A stretch of 64,000 nucleotides of DNA, taken from Bdellovibrionota bacterium (GTDB taxonomy: Bacteria > Bdellovibrionota_C > UBA2361 > JAAYZI01). Of the stretch, positions 47,628 to 58,451 are shown piece after piece (the stretch's first letter is position 1; each line of letters begins with the position of its first letter). A model generated the notes under the pieces. It worked only from the letters and a program-made list of their open reading frames with translations, searched no databases and had not been told where the DNA came from. Location: the NCBI GenBank assembly GCA_050950765.1, contig JBMNIF010000002.1, forward strand, positions 448,001 to 512,000. The letters are read 5' to 3'. Both the position numbers and the translations under genes were made by a program.

Positions 47628-49709
47628 ATGGTCAACGATACTAAAGAAACACAAAATGAACTTAACCCCCAACTCTCTGAAGAAACATCAAGTGTTAATG
47701 CGGATACGTCTGACATTCCTGATTTCCCTGATATTCATGATGAAGAAAGTAATTTTGAAGATACAGTCCAGATGCCACAAGAGTTGGTGGATGCTTTAGC
47801 AAAAAGTATTGAAAGCACCCCTGATACCCCCTCTTCTTTAACGCCACAAAAAAAGGAAGGACACCCTCTTAGAACTATTATATTACTTATCGTTTTATTA
47901 GGAGTGGGAGGCGGTGCAGTTTGGGCTTATCAAAACAAAGAAGACCTCTCGACATATACCAACGTAGCTATAACAAAAACAACAACTCTTGTTAAAACGA
48001 TCATAGATAAGATCAAAGCTATAACCTCCTCTGAAGAACAGTCAGAAGAAAGTGGTAATGAAGAAGGGTTTTCTGAAGAGTTTCCAGATCTCTCACTATC
48101 AGACGAGAGTACTTCTAAAAGCGACTCTCTCGATACTCCAGAAAGCACCCCTCAACAAAACGTTGCTACTAAAGAGGGATCGGAAGTTGATGACTCTCTT
48201 GCACTAGATCTCCTTGAAGAGGGCGCTATTACTAAAGAGGAGATGGCTGCACACACCACTTTAGGGAGCATTGCTGACGAGGTAAACGAATTTGAAAATT
48301 TATTAAATGATGCAGAAGACACCCTAAATATCCCTCAAGCAAGAGATAATGCAGATATCAAAAATGATACTCCTAGTGACGACCTTAAAAAAATCGAAGA
48401 AGAGGAGAAGGCATTAGGTGCTTCCGATCAAGTTGAGGCACCACTTGAAGGAGGTAATACGGAAGATATCTCTAAAGAATTAGTAGCTGAATCTCTGGAA
48501 GAGGATATTTTAAAAGAGACTTCAGAGCTTGAAGTAGATCAGAGAGAGGAGGCGTCTCAAGAATTAGTAGTTGATTTTACGGAAGAGGATGTTTTAAAAG
48601 AAACTGTCTCTCTGGATAAACCTCTTAATAAAGAAGAACAAGTTATAAAAGATCTGATAGTAACCTACGGCATTGAAGAGAAAGAGGCTCTTTCATTAAC
48701 AAAAATTTTAGGAGAGATGAGTAAAGCTTTTAACCTTGAGCAAGCTTTAGTTACTGCTATCGTTTCTGCAGAGAGCTCTTTTAATGCTTCAATAGTTTCA
48801 AGTAGTGGTAAGATCGGCCTCTTACAACTAACACCGGAGACGGCTCAAATGATCAATCGGCTATCGAAATCTGCCGTTCCTGTAAACGATCTAACAGACC
48901 CGAAGAGTAACCTAACTTTAGGCTTATGGTATATAAAGTTCTTAGGCGAACAATTTCAAGGTGACCTCTGGAAAACTCTTGCCGCTTATGAGATGGGGGT
49001 AACGGAATTCGAAAAAGTACAGGGATCAAAGAGGAACTTACCAACATTCACTAAACGTTACCTTAACAACATTAAACTTATCTATAAAAAACTCACTCAA
49101 AAAGGAGAAGTTGCTGCCGCAGCCGCCTTTAAAAACTCTCTTTCCAAGAGCGTTGTTACGGAAAGTATACCATTAGCTGGCGTAAAAAGTGACAGTGTAA
49201 AAACTTCAACACCTAAAAGAATTGTTTCGGCGAAATCACTTCCTGAGATTATCGCTTCAACTGTTGTTCCTCCTACTATGCGAGATCAGATGGCAACTTT
49301 AGTTGAAGAGGAGGCAAAAGCATTTAATTTAGATCCTTTATTTGTAGCAGCTGTTATTATGTCAGAAAGCTCTTTTAACTCTGGAATCGTTGCTCCTTCT
49401 GAAAAAGTTGGACTCTTACAGGTAGATCCGAATAGAGGAGAAGAGATCGCTAAGTTAACCGGTAAGAGTTGGCGGGGTAAAGAGGCGCTTTTAGAAGCGG
49501 AGTATAACCTTAACTTCGGTCTGGCGTACTTAAACTATTCTCTAAAATTATACCCAAATAATTTAAGAAAGGCGCTACTCACATATAACTTAGGAAGAGA
49601 GGAGGCGGAAAAAGAGATGGTAAAAACCTCTCCACTTGCTGAACGTTATATACAAAACATTCAAACTTACATGAAAGGTTGGGGGGTAAAAAACCCTTAT
49701 CTTGAATAG
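47628..49709 (+). CDS. Membrane-anchored protein with two lytic transglycosylase (SLT) domains
   Basis: TM helix near aa 85-101, long acidic linker, AESSFN..GLLQL..AAY and SESSFN..GLLQV..TYNLG. Confidence 0.88.
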   Translation: MVNDTKETQNELNPQLSEETSSVNADTSDIPDFPDIHDEESNFEDTVQMPQELVDALAKSIESTPDTPSSLTPQKKEGHPLRTIILLIVLLGVGGGAVWAYQNKEDLSTYTNVAITKTTTLVKTIIDKIKAITSSEEQSEESGNEEGFSEEFPDLSLSDESTSKSDSLDTPESTPQQNVATKEGSEVDDSLALDLLEEGAITKEEMAAHTTLGSIADEVNEFENLLNDAEDTLNIPQARDNADIKNDTPSDDLKKIEEEEKALGASDQVEAPLEGGNTEDISKELVAESLEEDILKETSELEVDQREEASQELVVDFTEEDVLKETVSLDKPLNKEEQVIKDLIVTYGIEEKEALSLTKILGEMSKAFNLEQALVTAIVSAESSFNASIVSSSGKIGLLQLTPETAQMINRLSKSAVPVNDLTDPKSNLTLGLWYIKFLGEQFQGDLWKTLAAYEMGVTEFEKVQGSKRNLPTFTKRYLNNIKLIYKKLTQKGEVAAAAAFKNSLSKSVVTESIPLAGVKSDSVKTSTPKRIVSAKSLPEIIASTVVPPTMRDQMATLVEEEAKAFNLDPLFVAAVIMSESSFNSGIVAPSEKVGLLQVDPNRGEEIAKLTGKSWRGKEALLEAEYNLNFGLAYLNYSLKLYPNNLRKALLTYNLGREEAEKEMVKTSPLAERYIQNIQTYMKGWGVKNPYLE

Positions 49710-50019
49710 TTTTTCTTACAGTAAGATTGACTTACAGGAGACTTAAGAAATTTAAACTTATAAGGTAAAAAACCTTATCTTGAATAGTTTTTCTTGCAGT
49801 AAGATTGACTTACAGGAAAACTAAGGATTTTAAACTTACAAGGTAAAAACCTTATCTTGAATAGTTTTTCTTACAGTAAGATTGACTTACAAGGATGCTT
49901 AAGAAATTTAAACTTATAAGGTAAAAACCTTATCTTGAATAGTTTTTCTTGCAGTAAGATTGACTTACAGGAGACTTAAGAAATTTAAACTTATAAGGTA
50001 AAAAACCTTACCTTGAATA
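49685..50019. repeat. 77-78 bp tandem array starting inside the SLT gene 3' end
   Basis: CTTAYCTTGAATA at 49696, 49774, 49851, 49929, 50007. Confidence 0.96.
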
Positions 50020-50033
50020 AAGTTTTTTTACCT

Positions 50034-50792
50034 TTAAAACTCGCAAGGCACATCAAAAAACTCGACACTAATTCCGAAACGTTTTGCCAGAAGTTTTCCA
50101 AGATTTATTATGCCCAACTTTTCTGTATTGTAATGTCCGGCATTGATTACATTTAATCCCAACTCTTCAGCCGCTCTAACGACCTTCTCTTTAGCATCAC
50201 CACACAGAAAGGTATCAGCCCCACCTTCTACCGTTTCCAAAAAGCAAGACGACGAACCGCCTGAGATGATGGCAACATCACTAACCTTAGCCGAACCTTT
50301 TGCAACGATAGTAGATTTAACAGAGAGCTTTTTATCTACTGATGAAACGAAAGCTTTTAATGTTTGTGGCTTATCAAGTTTACCGACAAAACCGACTGAA
50401 CACTTTTTTAATTTTTTCACCCCTAATAATTTACACAATGAGGCGTTATTACCGATCTGAGGGTGTGCATCAAGTGGCAAGTGAAATCCAGCCAAGTTAA
50501 TATTATGGCGCAAAAGTTGTGCTAAACGCTTCTTCATAAATCCACTGACTGTAAGATTCGGAGGAGTCCCGAACATATCTCCGAACAAACCGTGATGCAC
50601 TAGAACCATTTCAGCTTCAACCTCAATAGCGTGTTGCACCAACTGCATAGACCAACTTACCCCCGTAACGATCTTAGAGATATCTTCCTTACCTTCAACC
50701 TGCAAACCGTTTACACAATAATCTTGAAACTCTGCAACTTTTAAATAATCACGACAAAACTTTATAAGCTTATCTCGTTTAACACTCTTCAT
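50034..50792 (-). CDS. Nif3-like dinuclear metal centre protein (YbgI family)
   Basis: DYCVNGLQVEG, LVHHG, HLPLDAH, GNN and AGHYNTE. Confidence 0.93.
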   Translation of the reverse strand: MKSVKRDKLIKFCRDYLKVAEFQDYCVNGLQVEGKEDISKIVTGVSWSMQLVQHAIEVEAEMVLVHHGLFGDMFGTPPNLTVSGFMKKRLAQLLRHNINLAGFHLPLDAHPQIGNNASLCKLLGVKKLKKCSVGFVGKLDKPQTLKAFVSSVDKKLSVKSTIVAKGSAKVSDVAIISGGSSSCFLETVEGGADTFLCGDAKEKVVRAAEELGLNVINAGHYNTEKLGIINLGKLLAKRFGISVEFFDVPCEF

Positions 50793-51030
50793 GAAGTTCC
50801 CTCTCTAAAAAATCGTGCTCTATTTTTTTCACACTATTACTATAAAAACTAGGTATCTTTTAACTACGCCACCCCTTATTATATCACCTTCCTGCAATAT
50901 TTTTTACATTTATCACTACGCACCTCGATATATAAACACCGTTTAAAAAAACCGTTTTTCTACAAATCTCAAAAAAAGATAGCACTATCAAGGTATTATA
51001 AAAGATAGCTGAAAATAAACTAACTTTAAG

Positions 51031-52595
51031 CCCAAACTTTTCTGTGATTTACGTAACAATAAAGTAACATATTGTTATAACCTATAGAAATTTTTTAAAA
51101 ATTAACAAAAAAGGGGGTTGACTTTTTTGTTGTTTTGACATACGTATTTAGGTATGGGAAAGAAAGCAAAAATACACCCTGATTGGGCAACAAAATATCG
51201 AGAGAAAGGAAAAGAGGTACGTCTTATCAATGGGAGATATTACCTATATAGCTACAGCTATAAGTATGACCCTGAGAGGAAAAGGAGCGTGAAAGTTACT
51301 GGTAAATTACTTGGACGAATTACAGAAGAGGACGGTTTTATACCAAGTGAGAAGAGAAGCCTTGTACCTGCTGTGAATATTAAGTGCAGAGAGTATGGTT
51401 TATCTCAATTTATCCTCAATCAAAAAACAATTATTGAAAGACTTCGGTGTTATTTTCCAGATAAGTGGAAGGCTATTTTGCTGATGTCATACAGCAGGAT
51501 CAAACATTGCTCTCCTATTAAACGCATGAATGATGATTTTGAAAACAGTATGTTGAGTGAAAAACTTAATTTTCTTCTTAATAAGAAAGCTATTCCGAAT
51601 ATTTTGCAATCGATTGGGAAAGATGAATTTGCTCGTTCTGAATATATGAAGAGTTTTATTCATGGAAAAGATTTTTTGTTAATTGATTCTACATTTCTTA
51701 GAACATCTATGAGAAAGTCGAGTCTTGCTAAAGGAGGATATAATAAAGACCATTTTTGGGAAACGCAGGCGAGTTTGCTTTATATTTACTCTAAAAAATT
51801 GCAACAACCAGTCTATTATAGGTTATTGGCTGGGAATATAAGAGATGTAAAAGCTCTATCTTTAACTATCCAAGAATCAGAAATTGGTGATGCTACTATT
51901 ATTGCAGATAAGGGTTTCTATTCAGAGTCTAACGTTAAAGATCTTATAGAGAATAAACTTAGCTTTGTTATTCCATTGCGTAGAAATAGCTCTCTTATAG
52001 ACTATGATGGAATAGAAACAAGCAGGAACGTTATTGAATATAATAAAACGTACTTAAGATATAAAAAATATAAGATTGGGAATGGATTTATATATCTGTT
52101 TAGAGACCCGTTTTTAGCAGGTGAAGAGGAAAATAACTTAGTTTCATTAACAATATCTCATCCAGAAAAATACAATTTAACAGATGTTGATTTAAAAAAA
52201 GTGAGGCTAGGAACTGTTGCATTCTTTTCAAATTTGGACTCATCCGCAGAAGAAATATACACGTTATACAAAATGCGACTATCTATTGAACAATCTTTTG
52301 ATACGTTAAAAACTGTTTTAAAAGCAGATGCTTCATATATGAGTGATGATGATAAATTTCAGGGATGGATGTTCGTGAATCACATAGCAATACAGTGGAG
52401 CTATGAAATATTAAAAACAATAAAAAAACATAAACTTTCGACTTCAATATCATTAGAAGATGCTATCAGAAGGTTATCTGAAATTAAAAAAGTTAGGCTT
52501 GGGGACTCTTGGTATTTAGCCGAGCAAACTAAAGCAGAGCTAAAAATAGCCGAACTGTTACTTACTTAACATACGTAAAAAGGGGAAAGTTTGGG
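51031..52595 (+). mobile_element. Complete insertion sequence, IS1634/IS4-like
   Basis: TIRs CCCAAACTTT...AAAGTTTGGG; 6-bp target duplication TTTAAG (51025-51030, 52596-52601); single DDE transposase. Confidence 0.93.
51154..52569 (+). CDS. DDE transposase
   Basis: LIDST, IADKGFYS and YKMRLSIEQSFDTLK (YREK motif). Confidence 0.95.
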   Translation: MGKKAKIHPDWATKYREKGKEVRLINGRYYLYSYSYKYDPERKRSVKVTGKLLGRITEEDGFIPSEKRSLVPAVNIKCREYGLSQFILNQKTIIERLRCYFPDKWKAILLMSYSRIKHCSPIKRMNDDFENSMLSEKLNFLLNKKAIPNILQSIGKDEFARSEYMKSFIHGKDFLLIDSTFLRTSMRKSSLAKGGYNKDHFWETQASLLYIYSKKLQQPVYYRLLAGNIRDVKALSLTIQESEIGDATIIADKGFYSESNVKDLIENKLSFVIPLRRNSSLIDYDGIETSRNVIEYNKTYLRYKKYKIGNGFIYLFRDPFLAGEEENNLVSLTISHPEKYNLTDVDLKKVRLGTVAFFSNLDSSAEEIYTLYKMRLSIEQSFDTLKTVLKADASYMSDDDKFQGWMFVNHIAIQWSYEILKTIKKHKLSTSISLEDAIRRLSEIKKVRLGDSWYLAEQTKAELKIAELLLT

Positions 52596-52692
52596 TTTAA
52601 GTTATTTATATCATTCTTTTAATTCAAATTGTGCTATAACGGCTTTTTCCCGTCGTAATAGAGAGCTATATGTTGTTATTTAGGAGGTTCGT

Positions 52693-52875
52693 ATGAGTTT
52701 TGAAAATAACACACCGGAAACTATCTCTGTAACCCCATCTACCGCAGAAGAAGCTTTACAGATACGCATTATCCTCAATCAAGAACACTCCAACGAAGAT
52801 GATATTATCTCTATGCCGACCTATATTCCGGAGTACAGTGCAGAATATATCTCTCCTGTCTGTAACTGGGGATAA
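52693..52875 (+). CDS. Small acidic hypothetical peptide
   Basis: 60-aa ORF with strong TAGGAGGT SD. Confidence 0.55.
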   Translation: MSFENNTPETISVTPSTAEEALQIRIILNQEHSNEDDIISMPTYIPEYSAEYISPVCNWG

Positions 52876-53067
52876 ATTTTTATTAAGCTTCTATTAAGCA
52901 CACCTAAAAGTAACGCTAAAAAATACTTCCGTCTTACAAGGTGCTACCTTAAGGTTTTATAACGTCCTTATCAGATAGCTAAATAAATCTTTTTAGCGGA
53001 TCTATTTTACCACGCAATCGTCATAAAAAACGTTAAACTAACAACCTTCCTAGCGTTACAAAAAAAC

Positions 53068-54228
53068 TTATTTAGCGGACTTACTTACCACTCCGTACTT
53101 ATCCAAAGTCTCCTGACTGATCTGTCCTATATGGATGTTATTATCCACAACAAAAACTGGAGTCCCCTGAATTTGTAAAGCTATCCCAGCATCAATATCT
53201 TTCTTTAGCTCTGCCTCACTCTCTTTAGACTCCATACAGTGCTTTAAACTTTTTACATTTAACTTTAAAGAGGTTGCGATCTTTTCAATACGCTCCTGCA
53301 CGGTGCCATCATAAGCATTAAAATCATATAAAAGATCATTCATCTCCCAGAAGTGACTCTGTTTACCAGCACAGATAGCAGCCTTAGCCATCTCACAGGC
53401 ACCATCATGAAAACTTCCTTGAACGAGAGGATTACAAGCACGATCCAACGGAAAGTGTCGGTGAATCAGGGTGATAGTATCCGGATTATCTTTAATTACT
53501 GTACGTAGATTTTGATGACCTCTCTTACAATGTGAGCACATATAATCGCTAAACTCTTCGACTACCATCTTGCCATCTTCAACCCCAATCCACGGCAACC
53601 CCTGCGCAGTATAACCGTATGTCCCGATCTCTGCAGAGTGTTTCTTGTTCCAATAGTTAGGAAAACCAACAATCATTAAGGTAGTAATTACAATAAATAT
53701 AGCGCTCAAAGAGCTCTCCTGCCCCAAGAAAGAAAACGGTGCAGAAAAAGCCTTTTTTAACGGTATCTTATGCTTCCACCACTCAAGCGCCACTACAATT
53801 AAAAGGATTAGATTAATTCCATACGTTATCGAACAGTAAAGGCAGAACGAACAGATCACGCAGTACGAAATAAGCGCCAAAAAAAGGCTGACTAAAACTG
53901 CAGCACAACAACACAACGCTAAAATAATAAAAGAGGTCTCTGATTTTTTACGATAACAGACAATAAGTAGCGAAAGCATAAAGAGATAACCGATCACCCC
54001 CCAACCCGCTACGGGCACCCCTAGCACCACCGAATACTGACTCTCCGCAACGGTCTCGCAATTAAAAGAGTCACTCATAGCACAAAAGCTTTGAAAGGAC
54101 GGATTGGTATGAACTTGATGATGAAGCCTTGCTAAAGCGATCGCAAAAGCTAAACCCGCCAAACAGAGGCACGCTATTAAAACGGTACTAACGGTACTTA
54201 AAGTAAAAGATTGTGATTTCTGTTGCAT
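53068..54228 (-). CDS. VKOR-DsbA fusion (disulfide bond formation)
   Basis: SFCAMSDSFNCETVAESQYS, CLYC; thioredoxin fold CSHC, HFPLD and GTP. Confidence 0.92.
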   Translation of the reverse strand: MQQKSQSFTLSTVSTVLIACLCLAGLAFAIALARLHHQVHTNPSFQSFCAMSDSFNCETVAESQYSVVLGVPVAGWGVIGYLFMLSLLIVCYRKKSETSFIILALCCCAAVLVSLFLALISYCVICSFCLYCSITYGINLILLIVVALEWWKHKIPLKKAFSAPFSFLGQESSLSAIFIVITTLMIVGFPNYWNKKHSAEIGTYGYTAQGLPWIGVEDGKMVVEEFSDYMCSHCKRGHQNLRTVIKDNPDTITLIHRHFPLDRACNPLVQGSFHDGACEMAKAAICAGKQSHFWEMNDLLYDFNAYDGTVQERIEKIATSLKLNVKSLKHCMESKESEAELKKDIDAGIALQIQGTPVFVVDNNIHIGQISQETLDKYGVVSKSAK

Positions 54229-54388
54229 TGTATTCTCTAATCTAGAAAAAAACCTAATTCTGCTAAGACTTATAGCACTTAAGTATACTGTCTTAAAACA
54301 GAAAAAATTAAAACTTGGCGATCTTATTACATATTTAGTGCTACCAAACCCTAACGGAAAAACAATTCCTGACTTCCAAGCCTAAACA

Positions 54389-54609
54389 TTTTTTACCTCC
54401 GTAGAAACCTAGCCGATTCGTTTTTCAGTATCAGCCCGTTCAAGCGTCCTTAGAGAGTGGCTCCTTTTACCTCCGTAGAAACCTAGCCGATTCGTTTTTT
54501 AGTATCAGCCCGTTCAGTTGTCCTTAAAGAGTTTTTACCTCCGTTAAGATCTAGCCGATTCGCTTTTTAGTATCAGCCCGTTCTAATGTCTCTGAAGGGT
54601 GGCTCCTTT
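54389..54609 (+). repeat. Three tandem copies of the dispersed GGGTGGCACC-core element
   Basis: ACCTCCGT at 54395, 54469, 54537; body matches 1366-1440 and 5589-5673. Confidence 0.93.
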
Positions 54610-54687
54610 ATCTCTAAAGACTTAAAAACAGAACTTAATTTAAAAATATAGTAAAATCAATATGTTAAGCTATTAAATTAGCGGCCC

Positions 54688-55116
54688 CTAACGCATCGCC
54701 CTAATTGATCTCGGAGTATCCTTATTAGCAGTAGCACTTAAAACATCGCTAAAGATATCTTTTAACGGAACATCGGTTTCACCCTCTTCTACAACACCAT
54801 CATCTTCAAACTCTTCACGGTGAGGAGGTACCTCCTTATCCTCCAAATCGTTCGCTGCCCCCTCTTCCTCCTTATCTTCCTGATCTAAAACAACTTTACC
54901 CTCCCTAAAACGCACCGATCCATCTTTATAAAACCAAATCGCCTCTCTTTTTACCTCATATTCCCGCTTTTCTTCTGGTGCCCCCAAGAGCGTAATAACC
55001 TCCCCATACGACATCCCTTCCGTTATTTTATCTACGGCTGCACCTTGAGCGGAGCTACTCCAGACAAAACACAAAACGATACAAGCGATAAATACTTTTT
55101 TCTTTAAAGAGACCAT
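54688..55116 (-). CDS. Exported protein with SmpA/BamE-like motif and acidic tail
   Basis: Signal peptide from ATG 55116; ITEGMSYGEVITLLGAP and IWFY. Confidence 0.65.
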   Translation of the reverse strand: MVSLKKKVFIACIVLCFVWSSSAQGAAVDKITEGMSYGEVITLLGAPEEKREYEVKREAIWFYKDGSVRFREGKVVLDQEDKEEEGAANDLEDKEVPPHREEFEDDGVVEEGETDVPLKDIFSDVLSATANKDTPRSIRAMR

Positions 55117-55192
55117 AAAAACCGATCGCTCAAAAACAAGAGTGACGTTATACTTGACGAAAACAGAGCGTACGTACAAGATAGCACCGTTT

Positions 55193-56584
55193 ATGATACA
55201 ACGATGTAGTATTTCAACAAAAGCCCCTTTTGCGGTAATCGCACCTATTGTTGCGATTTTAATACCGCTCTTTATGCCGTTACGCCTTTCACTGGTATAC
55301 GGTGTTCTAATTCCGACACTACTTTTATGGTTTTACACCAATCGCACCACCCTCAAAGAGCGTTATCAGGGAAATCAGATCTTAAAAAGCTTCCACCTTT
55401 TCTTACTAATGACCTTTATAAGTTCATTTTTTGGAATAAACCCGTACCAGAGTTGGCAAGCTCTTTTTAGTCTCTTTTTCTTCTCATTCACCATCTTGCT
55501 ATTTGAAGATTTAACGCACCGCTTCTCCGCTATCTACCTAATAATACCACTACTGTGCGGACAAGCGCTAGCTGCCCTGCACTCCGTTATTGAAGGTGGA
55601 TTGGGGGGTAATTTAAAAAGATTTTTTGTCGGCACTGTTAGCGAATCAGGTCAGATCGCTTTAACATTAACGGTAGGAGTTGCCGTTGCCTATGTTATAT
55701 CAAAACAGAGTAAACAGGCGGGGACTCTTCAGTATTTTTCTCCAATTATATTTTTTATCCTCTCCTCCTTAGTTGCATTTAATCCACAACTAAACACCCC
55801 CTATCCACTTTTCTTAATCGCCGTAGCACTAACCGCTTTTATTACCTTTTACGCCATTTATGTAGCGCTTCGATATCTAATCACCACCGGTCGAAATTTT
55901 AATAAAGGATCTGATGCCACCCCTTTTAATGGCACAAAGACACCCCCAACTTATCCCGTAAAATTAAAGTTAGCCTTAAACACAACTATTTTACCGTTAA
56001 TTACCTGCGCATTACTGGTAAATTTAAAACGGGGTCCGTGGTTCGGTGTCTTAGTAGGGTTAACGATCTTTTTTACTTTTTTTAAACGCCGAATTGTTAT
56101 CCCGTTATTTCTCTTCGCCGTTATCTTACTTCTAGCCATCACCCCGCTACGCACCCGTTTAGGAGATTCCATTCAAGACTTCAACATCTCAGGGGGACGT
56201 AACATTATGTGGAAGATCGGCATGGAGTTATCAACTCGCTATCCACTCGGCATCGGTTTTAACAATAGTGAATACCTACAACGTTTTTCAGCTGAGATCC
56301 CAAAAACGCATCAACACTTTCACAACAATTTTATCAATATCTTAGTAGAGTGCGGTTTTTTTTCATTCTTCTTCTTTTTATATTGGCTTCTTCAAATTTG
56401 TAAAAAAGCCTTTAACTCCAACACTAACTCTAAATACAATAAGGCGCTGCAGGTCGGGCTGGGTTGCGCTTTAATAGCTATGATGAGCGCTGGGCTTGTA
56501 GAGTATAATTTTGGAGATAGTGAGGTGTGTATTCTACTACTTATTTTAACAGGCATCTTATCAGGTATAAAAGACACTCCTTAG
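55193..56584 (+). CDS. O-antigen ligase (Wzy_C) family membrane protein
   Basis: Polytopic; KRGPW, GGRNIMW, PLGIG and HFHNNFINILVECG; start uncertain. Confidence 0.88.
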   Translation: MIQRCSISTKAPFAVIAPIVAILIPLFMPLRLSLVYGVLIPTLLLWFYTNRTTLKERYQGNQILKSFHLFLLMTFISSFFGINPYQSWQALFSLFFFSFTILLFEDLTHRFSAIYLIIPLLCGQALAALHSVIEGGLGGNLKRFFVGTVSESGQIALTLTVGVAVAYVISKQSKQAGTLQYFSPIIFFILSSLVAFNPQLNTPYPLFLIAVALTAFITFYAIYVALRYLITTGRNFNKGSDATPFNGTKTPPTYPVKLKLALNTTILPLITCALLVNLKRGPWFGVLVGLTIFFTFFKRRIVIPLFLFAVILLLAITPLRTRLGDSIQDFNISGGRNIMWKIGMELSTRYPLGIGFNNSEYLQRFSAEIPKTHQHFHNNFINILVECGFFSFFFFLYWLLQICKKAFNSNTNSKYNKALQVGLGCALIAMMSAGLVEYNFGDSEVCILLLILTGILSGIKDTP

Positions 56585-56632
56585 CAGTAAGCCGTTTGAA
56601 AAGAATACATTATTTTATTCAATGTAAGGCAC

Positions 56633-58351
56633 CTATTCAGGTAACCCTAACTCTTTTCTAAGTATGAGCACCCTCTCATACGTTTCAGAAAATTCAATAA
56701 ATTTACGGCTATCTTCTTCACTTTGATTAGGATGAGTATCAGGGTGTAACTTTTTAGCTACTCCACGATAGGCAGCTTTTATGGCTTTTGTATCAGCATC
56801 TCTATCCAAGCCAAGCTTATCTAAGCCGTGCAAGTACTCTTGCAAGAGAGGGTTAGTACGTAAGCCAGCAGTTGCCATGCTATCAATAAAAAGTGGACGA
56901 TCAATACTCTCATTATCTTGCAGATGATCTTGCGGGGGGCGCGATTCTTTAGGGTGTGACCTCTTTATCTTAGGATCTTTTATAATACGTAACGTAACTA
57001 CAAAAAGCACAACAAATAAAACTACTAAAAGTAATACCTTCCAACCGGAAAAATAAAATAGAAAGCGGATCTTATCTACAAAGCTAAGGGATGTTTGCAT
57101 TTCAGATCTCTTCCAACGAGCTTCTGGTATCTGATTATTTTTTACAAAGAAACGGATATGCTCCGATCTTAAAGCATCATTTCTTTTATCAGGATCAAGG
57201 CGTAACTGTATAATTGCAGAAAAGAGGTGTTCAGCAGAGGCTCCTCTGTTATCAGCCAAAGCCAAATGAAATTGTAACTCCAAAAAATTTAAGAAGACCT
57301 CCTTTAAAGCTGCATCTTTCAACGCCAAATCTACGAATAAAGCGGTCTCAGTATTATCAATAACAACCGTAAGATTTTTTTTCACGATCTCTTCAAAACA
57401 ATTCTTTGAGAGCAGATGCGTTGTTTCCGTCCTCCATCTCGGATCGATCATAGCTAACACCTTTAAGGCTTCCTTATAATCGTGCCGCGACAAGGCATCT
57501 TCTGCATTATCATGGATAGCAGAAACTAAAAACGGTGTTAAATTCTTCGCTATTTGTTGGTCTTTTTTAGCTAAATCAATTAAGGCATGCAGCGCCAAAA
57601 ACTCTCCATGCCTCATCTGCTCTGAAGCACTTCGAATCTGCTTTAGGATAGTAAGATGCTTTTGATAATTTAAATCATCCTTCCCAAAAACGCTCTCTTC
57701 TAGCCGTAAAATTTTAGTTGCTGCTTTAAAATTTTTATTCTTTACAGCATCTGCATATTCACTGGCGATCACATCTTTTAAACTTTTTGTAACTTGATTA
57801 AGTTGCTTCCCAAAACTCTTTTTAACCCATGCAGAATCTTGCATGCCAACAGAGAGAACTAAATTAGCTGCCAGCATCGGATATTTAAAAAGATCCTTAG
57901 ACGATAAAAGTAGGTACTGATACAACTTAATGAGACCTTTTGCAGCGCTATCATTTAAAGACTTTACAAAACTAATCCCGTCCTCTTCATAAAATGAAGG
58001 GTGCTTAAGATAAGCGTTCATCCCGAGAGCCGCTCTTGTTAACCTTGAAGAGGAAAGGGCGTTATTTATATATTTTTTCAGTTGTAGAACTGTCAGTTCT
58101 TTATCATTTTTAAAATAGAAACTTGCGATATAGTCATCAACATGTTTGGCATTGATAATTTTAGAAATATCGTCAATGGTAACTTTAACAGTACCATCTT
58201 TAAGCTCTACGATCTCATCAACTTCAAAGGGAATGCCTTCAATAATTCGAATCTCTGCCGAAGCCGAAAGAGGAGCTAAAAGAGAGAGGACTCCCCCAAT
58301 AAACATGGAAACAAAGAAAAAAATCTGTAACCGCCGCATTAAGATCCTCAT
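56633..58351 (-). CDS. Membrane protein with large exported region and C-terminal J domain
   Basis: Signal peptide, TM helix, LGL..IKAAYRGVAKKLHPD..FIEFSETYE. Confidence 0.85.
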   Translation of the reverse strand: MRILMRRLQIFFFVSMFIGGVLSLLAPLSASAEIRIIEGIPFEVDEIVELKDGTVKVTIDDISKIINAKHVDDYIASFYFKNDKELTVLQLKKYINNALSSSRLTRAALGMNAYLKHPSFYEEDGISFVKSLNDSAAKGLIKLYQYLLLSSKDLFKYPMLAANLVLSVGMQDSAWVKKSFGKQLNQVTKSLKDVIASEYADAVKNKNFKAATKILRLEESVFGKDDLNYQKHLTILKQIRSASEQMRHGEFLALHALIDLAKKDQQIAKNLTPFLVSAIHDNAEDALSRHDYKEALKVLAMIDPRWRTETTHLLSKNCFEEIVKKNLTVVIDNTETALFVDLALKDAALKEVFLNFLELQFHLALADNRGASAEHLFSAIIQLRLDPDKRNDALRSEHIRFFVKNNQIPEARWKRSEMQTSLSFVDKIRFLFYFSGWKVLLLVVLFVVLFVVTLRIIKDPKIKRSHPKESRPPQDHLQDNESIDRPLFIDSMATAGLRTNPLLQEYLHGLDKLGLDRDADTKAIKAAYRGVAKKLHPDTHPNQSEEDSRKFIEFSETYERVLILRKELGLPE

Positions 58352-58451
58352 AACCTATATTTTATGCACCCACTGAGACCTTAAAGCAACGCGTCTCAAG
58401 CATAAAAGATAACCCGTTCATGCCGTTCTGTAAAACCGTAAAAATGCACGA

